Shown: piece after piece, positions 10,488-21,013 of the stretch | How positions within the stretch are numbered: the first letter of the stretch is position 1 | Layout: each line of letters opens with the position of its first letter | Virus record (IMG/VR): IMGVR_UViG_3300006467_000454 | Coordinates: 32,001-96,000 of that record | Direction: 5' to 3' (one strand) | DNA from: a virus | Taxonomy: Duplodnaviria; Caudoviricetes | DNA length: 64,000 nucleotides | Position numbers and translations under genes: made by a program | The notes under the pieces: generated by a model | The model's input: the letters and a program-made list of their open reading frames with translations, nothing else | What the model was told of the DNA's origin: nothing | The model's database searches: none

Positions 10488-11641
10488 TCACAAGACCGTC
10501 AACGACTACTGAATTAAAAGAACTATTGATTGAAATATTCGTTAATAGGCAGAATAAGGTCACGAAAGTTTCGGATGAGAGCGTATTGAATGCGATCTTT
10601 TATGGTATCGCAAAAGTCGCCCAAAAGGCTGAGAAGGATATTGCAATAACTGAATCAAGGTTGTTCCCAGATAATGCAAGTGGGGAGATATTAGATCAGG
10701 TTGCTTCTACTTTTGGGATATCCCCAAGGTTTGGTGCTTCCGGATCATCGACATATGTACGTGTTTTTGCAGATCCTGGGACACAATATACAATTGCGGG
10801 ACATACCTTTTCCAGTACCAGTGGGATACAATTCCAAGTTGAAGAAGACACAACAGTCGATACAACAGGTTTTGCATATATTAAAGTCCGTAGTGTAGAT
10901 ACTGGGGCGAAAACTAATGTCAACGCAATTTCTATCAACACAGTTAGCCCAGAACCAACAGGACATCGATCAGTAACAAATGAGTATGCTGCTTTTGGTG
11001 GCAGGGATGCTGAACAGGATGATGTTTTTAGGCAAAGGATTAAGGATAATCCAAATGTTGTAGCCCAAAGAACAGTTGCTAATTTAGTAGAAGTTTTTAG
11101 GGGAATAAATAATGATGTTTTGGACGTTATCCGTGAAGGGATCAGCACTGATGGAAAATTAATTTTATCGGTTGTTAGCCAAAATGGTGTTGATTTTACT
11201 TCAACCGAATTGGATGGGCTCTTAGAAGGGGTGGTAAATTTCTTATCACTCACAGAATTAAGGCAAACTGGGGATAATTTTAGTGTCCAAATAAAAAATG
11301 TTGAATGGTTCCCTATCGATGTTGATTTTAGGTTAGATATTTTTAATAACTTTAACCCAGATGATGTCCGTAAGGATATCCAAACTCAGTTCAGTAAACA
11401 ATTGGATTTTAGATTTTGGAAATCTACCGATAGGGTAGAATGGGATGATTTATTGGGTATCGTGAAAAATGTGAATGGTGTGAGATTTGTCCCAGATCAA
11501 TTTTTCAGCCCAAGAGTAGATATCTCAGTACCAAATACAATGTTACCTAGATTTAGATCTTTTATCATGAGGGATTTACAAGGGAATATAATTTCGGATT
11601 CACAAGGGATTTTAAGCCCTGTTTTTTACCCAGTACAATAA
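10484..11641 (+). CDS. Baseplate J-like wedge protein
   Basis: FPDNASGEILDQVASTFGISPR and GGRDAEQDDVFRQRIK motifs of the Baseplate_J family. Confidence 0.88.
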   Translation: MITRPSTTTELKELLIEIFVNRQNKVTKVSDESVLNAIFYGIAKVAQKAEKDIAITESRLFPDNASGEILDQVASTFGISPRFGASGSSTYVRVFADPGTQYTIAGHTFSSTSGIQFQVEEDTTVDTTGFAYIKVRSVDTGAKTNVNAISINTVSPEPTGHRSVTNEYAAFGGRDAEQDDVFRQRIKDNPNVVAQRTVANLVEVFRGINNDVLDVIREGISTDGKLILSVVSQNGVDFTSTELDGLLEGVVNFLSLTELRQTGDNFSVQIKNVEWFPIDVDFRLDIFNNFNPDDVRKDIQTQFSKQLDFRFWKSTDRVEWDDLLGIVKNVNGVRFVPDQFFSPRVDISVPNTMLPRFRSFIMRDLQGNIISDSQGILSPVFYPVQ

Positions 11642-11642
11642 A

Positions 11643-11942
11643 ATGGCAGCGGAAACAAGAGTATTACCTACAATTACACAGATTAATGTCTCTGGTAATC
11701 AAATAAGTATTTTGACTTATTATAGCCAGAGCCAAGAGGTTATCACTGCTTTTATTTCTGAATTGCAGCAATCTATTGGGGGTGTCAATTTCATTGAAGG
11801 GGAAGGTGGTATCACAGTACAAGGTGTGGAACTGAATTTCTTTGTTAACAGTGATGATGATGGGGACTTAATTGTAATCGGCGAAAATGCAGGCCAGTTT
11901 TCTTTAGATGAAGATACTGGCCAATTAGTACAAAATACTTAA
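11643..11942 (+). CDS. Small acidic virion-associated protein
   Basis: 99 aa, translationally coupled to fibre gene. Confidence 0.45.
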   Translation: MAAETRVLPTITQINVSGNQISILTYYSQSQEVITAFISELQQSIGGVNFIEGEGGITVQGVELNFFVNSDDDGDLIVIGENAGQFSLDEDTGQLVQNT

Positions 11943-14900
11943 TGGCAACGATAAATTTAGGATGGATAAAATCTATTAAAAGAGGATCTACACCACCGAC
12001 CAACTTAGAGATGCTCTGGTATGATACTAACTTGACAGGGAGTGGTATCAAAATAAAATATTACGATGAAGTTTTGGGGCTTTGGTTGTTAACAGCTATT
12101 GATATTGATAACGAATCATTGCAGTTTGACTCTAGCAGTAAGGTTGAGGTTAATAGATCTGATGATGTTAATTCTAATAGTTCTAACATTTTAGCATCTA
12201 CTGCTTTGACTAATCAATTACAGCAGCTGATCACACCGAATACAACTTATCGAAATATTGGGCATATTCCGTTATCCCAAAAAGGGGCAACAGATGGTGT
12301 AGCAACATTGGGTTCAGACACAAGAATTCCAGCAGCCCAAATGCCTTTGACCCCTACTTTTGACCAAATTACTTTAAATAACGCTGCCACTATGCCAAGT
12401 GGTGCTGTAAGGTTGGATCAATTGAATAGTGCAATCTTAGGGCAGCATTGGCAAACACCAGCGGATGATATTTTATCAACTCCACCAACTTCACCCGTTT
12501 TGGATTCAAGGTATATTATTAATCCAACTGGGACTGGTGCTTGGGCTGGGCATGATAATGAAATCGCCCAATGGAATGGGGCAGATTGGGATTTTACAAC
12601 ACCACAAGAAGGTTGGACTCTTTGGGTTAGGGATGTTGATACTAACTACAATTACAATGGTACAGCTTGGGTTGAGTTTGGGACGACTGTAACTCACAAT
12701 AATTTAACGGGGCTACAAGGGGGTCAAGCAGGTGAATATTATCACTTGACAGCAGCTCAGCACGCAGCAGCTATCACTACCCCTACCCTTCAAACTGTTA
12801 CAGTTGCAGGGGCTACATCAGATCAAGATTTAATACTTACAGGGGGGATATCTTCAACAGCAAGTGGAAGTAATTCTGAGAGATTTGGAGATGGAGCTTT
12901 GGCTAATGTTGTTGCTTTAGATGGTAATGGGTTTTACAATACTGCTTTTGGTAAAAATGCTCTGAATTCCCTTAACAATGGATTCAGGAATACAGCATTT
13001 GGGGAAGCAGCGTTGCAAAGTGCTACGACAGCTTCGAGTTGTTCTGCTTTTGGTAGATTTGCGCTTGGTGGGGGTGTCCTCACAGGTTCGAATAATTCAG
13101 CATTCGGAATTTCTGCTTTAGCGAGTGCAACATCAGGTGCAAATAATGACGCATTTGGGAATTCTGCTTTAGGTGCTACTACAACAGGAGAAAGTAATTG
13201 TGCTTTTGGTGGGACAACGATGAGTTCTAATACAACTGGATCTTTTAATTCTGCCTTTGGTAGATCAGCCCTCAGCCAAAATAGAGAGGGAACAAATAAC
13301 ACTGCAATTGGATTTGAAGCGTTAAGGAATTCAAGACCTACAAGTGGCACTATGGATAATTCTACAGCAGTAGGGTATCAAGCAGGGATAAATCAGCAAG
13401 GTGATAATAACTTATTCTTAGGTTATAGGGCAGGATATCACGCTTCAAATATCACAAGTTTCACTAATTCAGTTGCAATTGGTGCTAATTCAAATATAGA
13501 TGCGAGTAACCAAATTGTATTTGGGGATGCAAATGTTACTGAGATAAAAACTGCAGCCTCATTCAATAGTTCAAATGCTTCCCCAATAGGGTCGGCTCCT
13601 GGGGGAACAAATGTCCCTTCTGGATCTGTATTAAGGGCTGATGGGTCCGGAGGGTCTTCTTGGCAACAATCTTCTGGGTATGAAACTTTTGTAGTAGGCA
13701 CTTATAACGAACTTACTTCTGCTCTTACTTCTGCACAGACAGCAGGGGCAGGGTTGATATTATTTTCTGCAGATATTGCGGTCCCTGCAACCACAGTTAT
13801 GAATTACGATTATTCAGGTGTTACAATTGACCTTGGTGGGTTTGCATTAGATTTAGGTTCGAATGCTAGAATTTCTCACCAATCAAGTAATGATAGGAGT
13901 ATGGTTCTATTCACTAATGGTGCCATACGGGGGGATGTAACATCAACAAGCAAGTTATTCTTCGAAACTGTAACAACTGGGTATTGTAGGGTTGTATTTG
14001 ATGATATAAGTTTCGATAACATTGTTCAAAATGATGATGCATCTAGAACCAATAACCATATCCAATTAAGTTCTACAACAGGAAGGAGTACAAGAATTGA
14101 ATTCTTAAGAAATATAATTTTCACTAATAATGAAGATATTTCCGCAGGGCAACTTGAAATTAGGAATGTTGCATCATTTGAGCTTCACGTTGTTACATTA
14201 TTCAACAAATATGTAACTGATACAGAAAGAACGAATAGGATTGCAATTGTAGGTTCTTCACCTGCACAATTAGCTGATTCTGACATATTAAATGATGGTA
14301 GTTGGGATGTAGTTTCTATAACTGGGAGTTTGGCGATTTCAGAATTTAATCTCTATGATTTCACGTCAGGAACACCAACCTTACAGCAGGTTACAACTGC
14401 TGGTGCTTCTACAACAGATGGGATAACAATTGGGGATACATTGAATTTAGGGGCTGGAACTAATACTGTGAATAAAACTATATTCGCAAATAATGGGGAT
14501 GCCAGTAAACCTGCGATTAGATATAATGAAACTACCAATGCTTGGCAGTTTTCTGACGATGGATCAATATTCACAAATTTTGGTGGGGGTGCCGTTGCAT
14601 CATTATCTCCTGAAGTTACTGATACTTATAGGGATTATACAGATCATTTGACTGTAACAGGAATAATCGGATCAGATGTGATGCAAGGCTTAACCTATTT
14701 CAATGGATTTTGGTATTGGGGTCAAAACTTAGGTGCTGGGGTTAATGGTAGGATTTATAAGATTAACGCAACAACTGGGGCTGTTGATTCTAACTTTGCA
14801 GGACCCCCTCACGCTGCTACAGGTGATGTCAGGGAAGACCATAATACTATGATCTGGGGATCTGGTGGTGATGATGTACCTGCTGCTTGGGAAATAGATG

Positions 14901-15808
14901 GGAATGGGACTCTTATCAGGCAATGGACATTTACTGGGACTACTTACAACAGGGGTGGTGCGGTTGTTTATGTTAGTGAAAATAAAATTTTATTATATTC
15001 TTCATCGAATTGGAATTTTGATTTACGAGAAGTTACAATTAATGATGATGGCACTTGGGTTTACGGATCAGTTGTCGCAACTGGAACTCGTAGTATGGGT
15101 AGACCTCAAGGATTTGATTATAAAGATGGATTCCTTTACTACCTTTGTGATGAGTATAATATAGCTGCCGATTCCGCAGATGAAACTGTAAAAGTCATTT
15201 ACAAGTTAAGGATGCCAGATGCAAGTGGTCCTGTTGAAGTTGTGAATGCTTGGAAATATCAGACTGGTACAACATTTGATGAAGCGGAAGGATTAACTTT
15301 CGTTGGGGATGAACTATATTTTGGGGCACATGATTCTAAGAAAATTAGGCAAGCCCATTTCCCTACAACAAGCCGAAGTGTAACAACTAATTATTTACAC
15401 ATTGGGGAAGAGAGGTTAGCAGGGATTAGTTTAGCTGCATTGATTGAAGGTGATGTTACATCCACTGGGGTATTCAGGGGAGATAACATTTGGCCAGTAA
15501 ATTACCGAACTTTGTCAGGGACTTCAGTAAGTATGAATGCAAGCACTTCACTCAATGCGATAATTACCCTATCCGCTGCCACAACCACAATAAATATGAG
15601 TGGTTTAGTTAGTGGGATGAGTGGTAATATAATCGTGAATCAGGATGCTACTGGGGGGAGATTATTAGCTATAACCCCGACCCCTAAAGTAATCAATGGT
15701 GGAGGTGGAAATATTCCATTAACAAGCGCAGCTAATGCTAGGGATATTGTATCTTGGACTTATGATGGCACTAATTTGAATGTGAATGTAGGACCTAATT
15801 ATACTTAA
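11942..15808 (+). CDS. Tail fibre / receptor-binding protein (DUF2793-like domain, YadA-like repeats, putative beta-propeller)
   Basis: 1288 aa, Gly/Thr/Ser-rich; PPTSPVLDSRYII..TGAWAGHDNEIAQW..WDFTTPQEGW (DUF2793-like); NxAFG repeats; QGLTY/PQGFDY/AEGLTF blades; C-terminal NQDATGGR motif. Confidence 0.85.
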   Translation: MATINLGWIKSIKRGSTPPTNLEMLWYDTNLTGSGIKIKYYDEVLGLWLLTAIDIDNESLQFDSSSKVEVNRSDDVNSNSSNILASTALTNQLQQLITPNTTYRNIGHIPLSQKGATDGVATLGSDTRIPAAQMPLTPTFDQITLNNAATMPSGAVRLDQLNSAILGQHWQTPADDILSTPPTSPVLDSRYIINPTGTGAWAGHDNEIAQWNGADWDFTTPQEGWTLWVRDVDTNYNYNGTAWVEFGTTVTHNNLTGLQGGQAGEYYHLTAAQHAAAITTPTLQTVTVAGATSDQDLILTGGISSTASGSNSERFGDGALANVVALDGNGFYNTAFGKNALNSLNNGFRNTAFGEAALQSATTASSCSAFGRFALGGGVLTGSNNSAFGISALASATSGANNDAFGNSALGATTTGESNCAFGGTTMSSNTTGSFNSAFGRSALSQNREGTNNTAIGFEALRNSRPTSGTMDNSTAVGYQAGINQQGDNNLFLGYRAGYHASNITSFTNSVAIGANSNIDASNQIVFGDANVTEIKTAASFNSSNASPIGSAPGGTNVPSGSVLRADGSGGSSWQQSSGYETFVVGTYNELTSALTSAQTAGAGLILFSADIAVPATTVMNYDYSGVTIDLGGFALDLGSNARISHQSSNDRSMVLFTNGAIRGDVTSTSKLFFETVTTGYCRVVFDDISFDNIVQNDDASRTNNHIQLSSTTGRSTRIEFLRNIIFTNNEDISAGQLEIRNVASFELHVVTLFNKYVTDTERTNRIAIVGSSPAQLADSDILNDGSWDVVSITGSLAISEFNLYDFTSGTPTLQQVTTAGASTTDGITIGDTLNLGAGTNTVNKTIFANNGDASKPAIRYNETTNAWQFSDDGSIFTNFGGGAVASLSPEVTDTYRDYTDHLTVTGIIGSDVMQGLTYFNGFWYWGQNLGAGVNGRIYKINATTGAVDSNFAGPPHAATGDVREDHNTMIWGSGGDDVPAAWEIDGNGTLIRQWTFTGTTYNRGGAVVYVSENKILLYSSSNWNFDLREVTINDDGTWVYGSVVATGTRSMGRPQGFDYKDGFLYYLCDEYNIAADSADETVKVIYKLRMPDASGPVEVVNAWKYQTGTTFDEAEGLTFVGDELYFGAHDSKKIRQAHFPTTSRSVTTNYLHIGEERLAGISLAALIEGDVTSTGVFRGDNIWPVNYRTLSGTSVSMNASTSLNAIITLSAATTTINMSGLVSGMSGNIIVNQDATGGRLLAITPTPKVINGGGGNIPLTSAANARDIVSWTYDGTNLNVNVGPNYT
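12938..13500 (+). repeat. About 10 tandem ~17-aa N-x-A-F/I-G-x-x-A-L repeats in the fibre
   Basis: NTAFGKNAL, NTAFGEAAL, CSAFGRFAL, NSAFGISAL, NDAFGNSAL, NCAFGG, NSAFGRSAL, NTAIGFEAL, STAVGYQAG. Confidence 0.85.
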
Positions 15809-15809
15809 A

Positions 15810-16946
15810 ATGGGGAATAATGTAATGTTTTTCGGGCACAACAGGGTGTTCGGTACAGGACCTGCCGAGAACCAAGCGAGGGTAACTATTCGTGCTGCTA
15901 GGAGAATTACTTCTACTAGCGTACGATTTAGTGTCCTCCTTACGATAGATCAACCATTATCTGTTGTTTCGGATATTAGGGTTAGCCTATCAAGACCAGG
16001 AGGGGGTATATTCACCCTGTTTTATAATATCCCAATTGGGGCGTATTCTGATACAGTAGATATATTGATGACGGATGCACCTACGGATAACACTTTTGTT
16101 GCAACTGCGGAAATAACAACAATTAACACCGCTGGTGTTACAGGTTTAGGGAACACTGATACTATTTCTCCATCTGATATCCCTGATATTGCTTCCCCTA
16201 CATTTGTTGTAGCAAGTAGTTCAGTTGGGGATTCATCCCCAAGGGGCATGGCTTTCAGTTTAGATGGGTCTAAGATGTTCGTGATGGGGGGAACAGCAGA
16301 TAGCGTAAGGGAATTTAACTTGCCTACTCCATATTCTGTTTCAACGATATCGTTTACTAATGTCACCGTAAATGTTAATCCTCAAGACCAATTCCCAAGG
16401 GGCGTCAGATTTAACAATGACGGTAGAAGAATGTATATTACAGGTAGTGACCTTGATACCGTGGCGCAATATAATTTATCAACCCCTTGGGTTTTGAATA
16501 CTGCGGTTTTTAATAATCAAATAGCTGTAACTGCCCAAGATGGAACTCCAAGATCTTTATTTTTCCGGAATGATGGGGAGAAAATGTGGGTTGTAGGCAC
16601 TGATAATGATACTATTTTCGAATATGATTTATCAACCGCTTGGGAAATATCAACAGCAACTTATAACAATGTATCAATGGCTCTTAACACTGCTAACACA
16701 AATCCGGAAGGTGTGTCTATTGATCCTTCGGGGTTAAGAATTTGGGCTACTGATGATACTAATGACAGGATATATCAATATGACCTAACTACGGCATTCG
16801 ATATAACAACAATGGTTTATAATAATGTTTCATTTTCCACAGCATCCCAAGCCAGCCAGCCAAGAGATGTTGTCTTCAGCTTAGATGGGTCTAAGATGTT
16901 TATAATGGATGGAAATTTAGACAGGGTAAACGAGTATAATGTATAA
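15810..16946 (+). CDS. Beta-propeller repeat protein (fibre-associated)
   Basis: Five ~52-aa repeats: P-x-G/S-x-x-F-x-x-D-G-x-K/R-M...Y-D/N-L-S-T-A/P-W. Confidence 0.75.
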   Translation: MGNNVMFFGHNRVFGTGPAENQARVTIRAARRITSTSVRFSVLLTIDQPLSVVSDIRVSLSRPGGGIFTLFYNIPIGAYSDTVDILMTDAPTDNTFVATAEITTINTAGVTGLGNTDTISPSDIPDIASPTFVVASSSVGDSSPRGMAFSLDGSKMFVMGGTADSVREFNLPTPYSVSTISFTNVTVNVNPQDQFPRGVRFNNDGRRMYITGSDLDTVAQYNLSTPWVLNTAVFNNQIAVTAQDGTPRSLFFRNDGEKMWVVGTDNDTIFEYDLSTAWEISTATYNNVSMALNTANTNPEGVSIDPSGLRIWATDDTNDRIYQYDLTTAFDITTMVYNNVSFSTASQASQPRDVVFSLDGSKMFIMDGNLDRVNEYNV

Positions 16947-16984
16947 TTATTAGTATATTTAAATAAATTTTAAATAATTGTAAA

Positions 16985-17455
16985 ATGAAGAATAAAGAAT
17001 TGTATGAATTAGTTACCGTAATTGGTAGGCTGAATAATTTTGAAAACCTTGACCTTGGGTGGAAATTTGCAGAAATGAATATGCAAATTGAAGAGAAGAT
17101 TGAAAAGATTGATTTCTTGAAAAAATCCTTCAAGTACAATGACGAAGAAAATGAACTTGTACAGAAAATCCAAAAATTGGAAGGTAAGAAAGCTATGAGT
17201 ACATCTAATATGGAACTCTATAAGAAGCTTGATGAAGAGCTTGAGGCTTTATTGGAATCGGAAAAAGATCTTTTAGATTCAATGAAAAATAAAAGAGAAA
17301 AGGTTGCCGAGATTGATGAGTTAAGTGTTGACGAAGGTGAGGAATCAGGATTCAAACTTGTCCCTATCAAACTTTCCCAAGTGAAGAAAGAAGAAAAATT
17401 GATCAAGGCATTATCTACTTCGGATAAAAAATGGTTGCTAAAGGTCTGTAAATAA
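16985..17455 (+). CDS. Hypothetical coiled-coil protein (possible fibre chaperone)
   Basis: 156 aa, K/E-rich, after fibre genes. Confidence 0.45.
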   Translation: MKNKELYELVTVIGRLNNFENLDLGWKFAEMNMQIEEKIEKIDFLKKSFKYNDEENELVQKIQKLEGKKAMSTSNMELYKKLDEELEALLESEKDLLDSMKNKREKVAEIDELSVDEGEESGFKLVPIKLSQVKKEEKLIKALSTSDKKWLLKVCK

Positions 17456-17958
17456 TGGGTGATTATAAAGAAGAAAAAGGTACAACTAGAGTTGGGGATT
17501 TCTTAAGGAGTCTTGGTAACGTCGGGAAACCTATTTTAAAGGCAGCTGCTGGCTTAACAGGGCAAGAGTGGTTGAGTAACGTCGTTGATGGTATTAAAAC
17601 CTCTAAGGAACTCTCTGAGGAGCAAAAAAATTACGCCCTTGAACTCCATACATTGGATGCTAAAGATAGGGCAAGTGCTCGTGAAATGAACATTGAAATT
17701 CAAAAGTCCGAACATTCTTCTTGGTTAGCAAAAAATACTGGTTATATTTTAGATATGGCCAGTATCTTGATAGTTGCTGGAATACTGGTTGCGATTTTCA
17801 CCACAACCGTTCCGGAAGCGAACTCCGAGATTGCTTATTTGATTTTGGGGTATGTTATCAATGAATGTTTAAGCACTTGGAAATACCATAGGGGAAGCTC
17901 TGAAGGGAGTAAGTCTAAAACTTTGGAAATGTTCAGGTCTTTAAGGGGGAAGAGGTAA
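17455..17958 (+). CDS. Putative holin
   Basis: DRASAREM motif, two hydrophobic helices, C-terminal YHRGSSEGSKSK resembling the YYFGSSxGSxxK motif of phage holin-like proteins. Confidence 0.6.
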   Translation: MGDYKEEKGTTRVGDFLRSLGNVGKPILKAAAGLTGQEWLSNVVDGIKTSKELSEEQKNYALELHTLDAKDRASAREMNIEIQKSEHSSWLAKNTGYILDMASILIVAGILVAIFTTTVPEANSEIAYLILGYVINECLSTWKYHRGSSEGSKSKTLEMFRSLRGKR

Positions 17959-19518
17959 ATGGCGATTATAGAGAATAGATCTACTACAGAAGGGGATGTG
18001 TTAATTATACGGACTGAAGAGCCGATAGTTGGGCTTGTCTCCCTTCTTGGGTTTACTGACCAAACGGTTGGTGAAACCCCACAGGATTATTTTCGTAAAG
18101 AATTTAGATATTCTGTTAATGGGGGGCTAACTTATACCCCATGGGTAGAATTGACTTCCGCTAATATTATGTCAGCTAATGTTAGCAAAAAAGATAATTT
18201 CATCATTGAATATAGGTATATCCGAGTTGGTAATGTTGGAGAACTTGCATTTGAAAATATTTTATTGAATGGGCAATTTGAAGAATTAAATTACCCTATT
18301 TATGATAGGTTGCCATTTAGTGATTTCTTCCCAATAAAAGACCCAAATGTATTTGGGTGGGCTTTAAATGTTTTGGAGAAGCTTTACCAAAAAGGAATTC
18401 TTCCGGATTATGTTGAAAGGTTAGAAACAGGGGCTGTTGACGAAGATGAAGATTTTATCGCTTTCTGGAATTCAATTACAGAATTCTTTGCAATCCTTGT
18501 CTATTTTTCGAGACAATTCCAAAATTTGCATACTAATACAACCTTGTTAAGATTATTTGTAGAAACAAGAGGGTTGTTTACTTGTGATACTCAAGATTTA
18601 GAACAATTGAATTTCTTAGCTTCTAACCTTTACGATGAATATCGTAAGCGTGGGACTAGACAAATAAATTTACCAAAGTCTGGGGATGTTCCTGTTGATG
18701 GTGAATTATTGAGATTACTTTGTTGGGAAGCTAAAGATGAATTTATTTTTGCCCTTACTAAAAGGGGCGAGATGGGCTGGTGCCTTGGTAATTCATCCCC
18801 AATGTACACAGGGGCGGATGAGATTGTCAATATTAACAAATCTTATGAATTTACCCGTGAAGTTTTAGATCTCACCAAATATCCCCTAATAAACAGCAAT
18901 GATATCACATTAGAACAGAAGAACGGAATTTCTATGATGAAATTAACTACTTCCGGAGCTGATGCTGGTATTGGGAATTCTACAGAAACGGATAAGTTAA
19001 TCCCAATTGATAGTGGATTAGATTATATGTTGATGTTTAGGGTTATCGCTGAAGATTTAACGGCTGATTTAGATTTTGGTGTAGTAGTTTTCAATAAGGA
19101 TAGGCAGATTATTGGCATACAATCAATTGTGGATGGTTCCATTTCCAATATGTTCTTTGAAAATCAAGGGGTGAACCAAGCTGATGTAGAATATTGGGTT
19201 CGGGGTATTATTTTTAATTCGGGGAAAGCATTGAATTCTTCGGATTCCTTACCAATTGGATTTGGTAACAATCTAAGGTTCGTTGAAGGTGCAGAGTATA
19301 TCCTACCCGTAATCAAATGTAGTAATTCTACAAAATTTATCAATAGTATTGATGTGAGACCTTTAGCATTACCAATTTCTAGGGGGGTGCTCACCCCAAA
19401 GAATTTTACCTTTGGATATTTTGAAAATAATGGCAGCTTGAATGACGATGATGCTAAACTCGAGATAAATTCCAAACTGATTTCTTATAATCAGTTTATA
19501 AAAATAAAATGGTTGTAA
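17959..19518 (+). CDS. Putative baseplate wedge/tail structural protein
   Basis: 519 aa; LPDY..EDFIAF and YRKRGT segments reminiscent of P2 gpI-like wedge proteins. Confidence 0.45.
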   Translation: MAIIENRSTTEGDVLIIRTEEPIVGLVSLLGFTDQTVGETPQDYFRKEFRYSVNGGLTYTPWVELTSANIMSANVSKKDNFIIEYRYIRVGNVGELAFENILLNGQFEELNYPIYDRLPFSDFFPIKDPNVFGWALNVLEKLYQKGILPDYVERLETGAVDEDEDFIAFWNSITEFFAILVYFSRQFQNLHTNTTLLRLFVETRGLFTCDTQDLEQLNFLASNLYDEYRKRGTRQINLPKSGDVPVDGELLRLLCWEAKDEFIFALTKRGEMGWCLGNSSPMYTGADEIVNINKSYEFTREVLDLTKYPLINSNDITLEQKNGISMMKLTTSGADAGIGNSTETDKLIPIDSGLDYMLMFRVIAEDLTADLDFGVVVFNKDRQIIGIQSIVDGSISNMFFENQGVNQADVEYWVRGIIFNSGKALNSSDSLPIGFGNNLRFVEGAEYILPVIKCSNSTKFINSIDVRPLALPISRGVLTPKNFTFGYFENNGSLNDDDAKLEINSKLISYNQFIKIKWL

Positions 19519-21011
19519 TGGATAAAAGTGGAAATTTAAATATATATAGAAATCTGTTTTTAGATGTAGAAGAATTGAATAGATTTTTTGATTTCAATGA
19601 AAACTCTGTTTCAAACCTACTATTCACGATAAATGCTCAGAATTTTGGTGTGATAAATACAGCTCCGAATTTATCTGCGAATCAAAGTTTTTTGCTTTCA
19701 TCTGGTAGTGTTCCTGGGACTATTAGGTTGACGGATACTTCTTACGGTTTGGATAGTGGGGGACAATTCATTTTCCAAGAGCCTTTTGATAATTTACCTA
19801 TTCAGGACACTAATGGCAATGCTATACAGGATCAATGGGCTTGGGTTGTTATCCAACATAAGGAGGTGAAATATGAAGAGGGGATTGTTTCAATAGACGT
19901 TGATGGTAATCTCCGTGGAGTAAACACAGAATTCACAAGAGTTTTGAGGGGGCAAGGTAGTGGATTTTCTACATTTGTGAGGCTTTACACCCAAGGTGAT
20001 GACCGTGAAATTACACTTTCTACGTTGAATAGCCAATTATATGAGGTTACAGATTTGGTAGATGATACCTCTGTTATTTTAAGTGGGGATTTCCAAGCTG
20101 AGAGTAATCTAAGGTATGTTGTTTTTGGGACATTTGCTTTGGGGCAAGATTCTTCAGCGATAGCAGCAGGTGGTATCTACAATTACAATGGGACTAGAAT
20201 TACATTTATTCCGGAAGTCTTAACTGATTTCCCTCCTGTTGATTCAATAACCGCTGGGGAACAATTTTTTGTGGCAAGAGTATTTTGGAATACAACTACA
20301 AACATTGTTGAGGTTCAGGATAAAAGGAGTTTTACAGCGGTGAACCCTTTGACTTCAGAATCTACCACATTCAATAATTATTACCAATTGAATTTTGGGG
20401 ATATTATTGTGAACAATAAAGCTAATATTGATGCTTCAAATATCCCTACAGAATTTGCGGATGAATGGAGGGCAGCACTTTCTTTATTCTCTCAAGATGA
20501 AATAAATAATGCTTTAGGTAATAAAGCCAATCGTGGGGGGGATAATCTCCAAAACGTAGCAACATGGAGGCAGAATTTGGAAGTCCCTTCTAATACTGAA
20601 TTTGCGAATAAAGCGAATAAGGATGCCACGGGAATGAATACAGCCCAAATTAATGCTTGGAAGGCATTATTGGAGGTTCAAGCAGCACCAAGTGATACAG
20701 GCTGGATAGCTTGTGAGAATCCAAGTGGGCTTTCAAGTTTCAGTATTAGGGCAAGGCAAATAGGAAAACATATTATCATTGCAGGGAGTGTTTCATTTAC
20801 TGGTGGGAGTGATACAACCGTGTTTAGATTGCCAAGTGCAATACCAAACCCACCGTATGCAATGGGGTATTGTGCCCATACAGGAACTGGCGGAGAAAAT
20901 AACAGGGCAGTCAACATAAGGATGCTAGCAAATGCGAACACTTGTGTTGCATACGATGCTGATGAAGACCTTGCTATCTACATCAATTTTTCTTACTTTA
21001 CAAGTAATTAA
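19509..21011 (+). CDS. Putative tail fibre/baseplate structural protein
   Basis: 500 aa; repeated NKAN coiled segments and C-terminal SDTGWI...ARQIG...FRLP fibre-tip-like domain. Confidence 0.6.
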   Translation: MVVMDKSGNLNIYRNLFLDVEELNRFFDFNENSVSNLLFTINAQNFGVINTAPNLSANQSFLLSSGSVPGTIRLTDTSYGLDSGGQFIFQEPFDNLPIQDTNGNAIQDQWAWVVIQHKEVKYEEGIVSIDVDGNLRGVNTEFTRVLRGQGSGFSTFVRLYTQGDDREITLSTLNSQLYEVTDLVDDTSVILSGDFQAESNLRYVVFGTFALGQDSSAIAAGGIYNYNGTRITFIPEVLTDFPPVDSITAGEQFFVARVFWNTTTNIVEVQDKRSFTAVNPLTSESTTFNNYYQLNFGDIIVNNKANIDASNIPTEFADEWRAALSLFSQDEINNALGNKANRGGDNLQNVATWRQNLEVPSNTEFANKANKDATGMNTAQINAWKALLEVQAAPSDTGWIACENPSGLSSFSIRARQIGKHIIIAGSVSFTGGSDTTVFRLPSAIPNPPYAMGYCAHTGTGGENNRAVNIRMLANANTCVAYDADEDLAIYINFSYFTSN

Positions 21012-21013
21012 TT

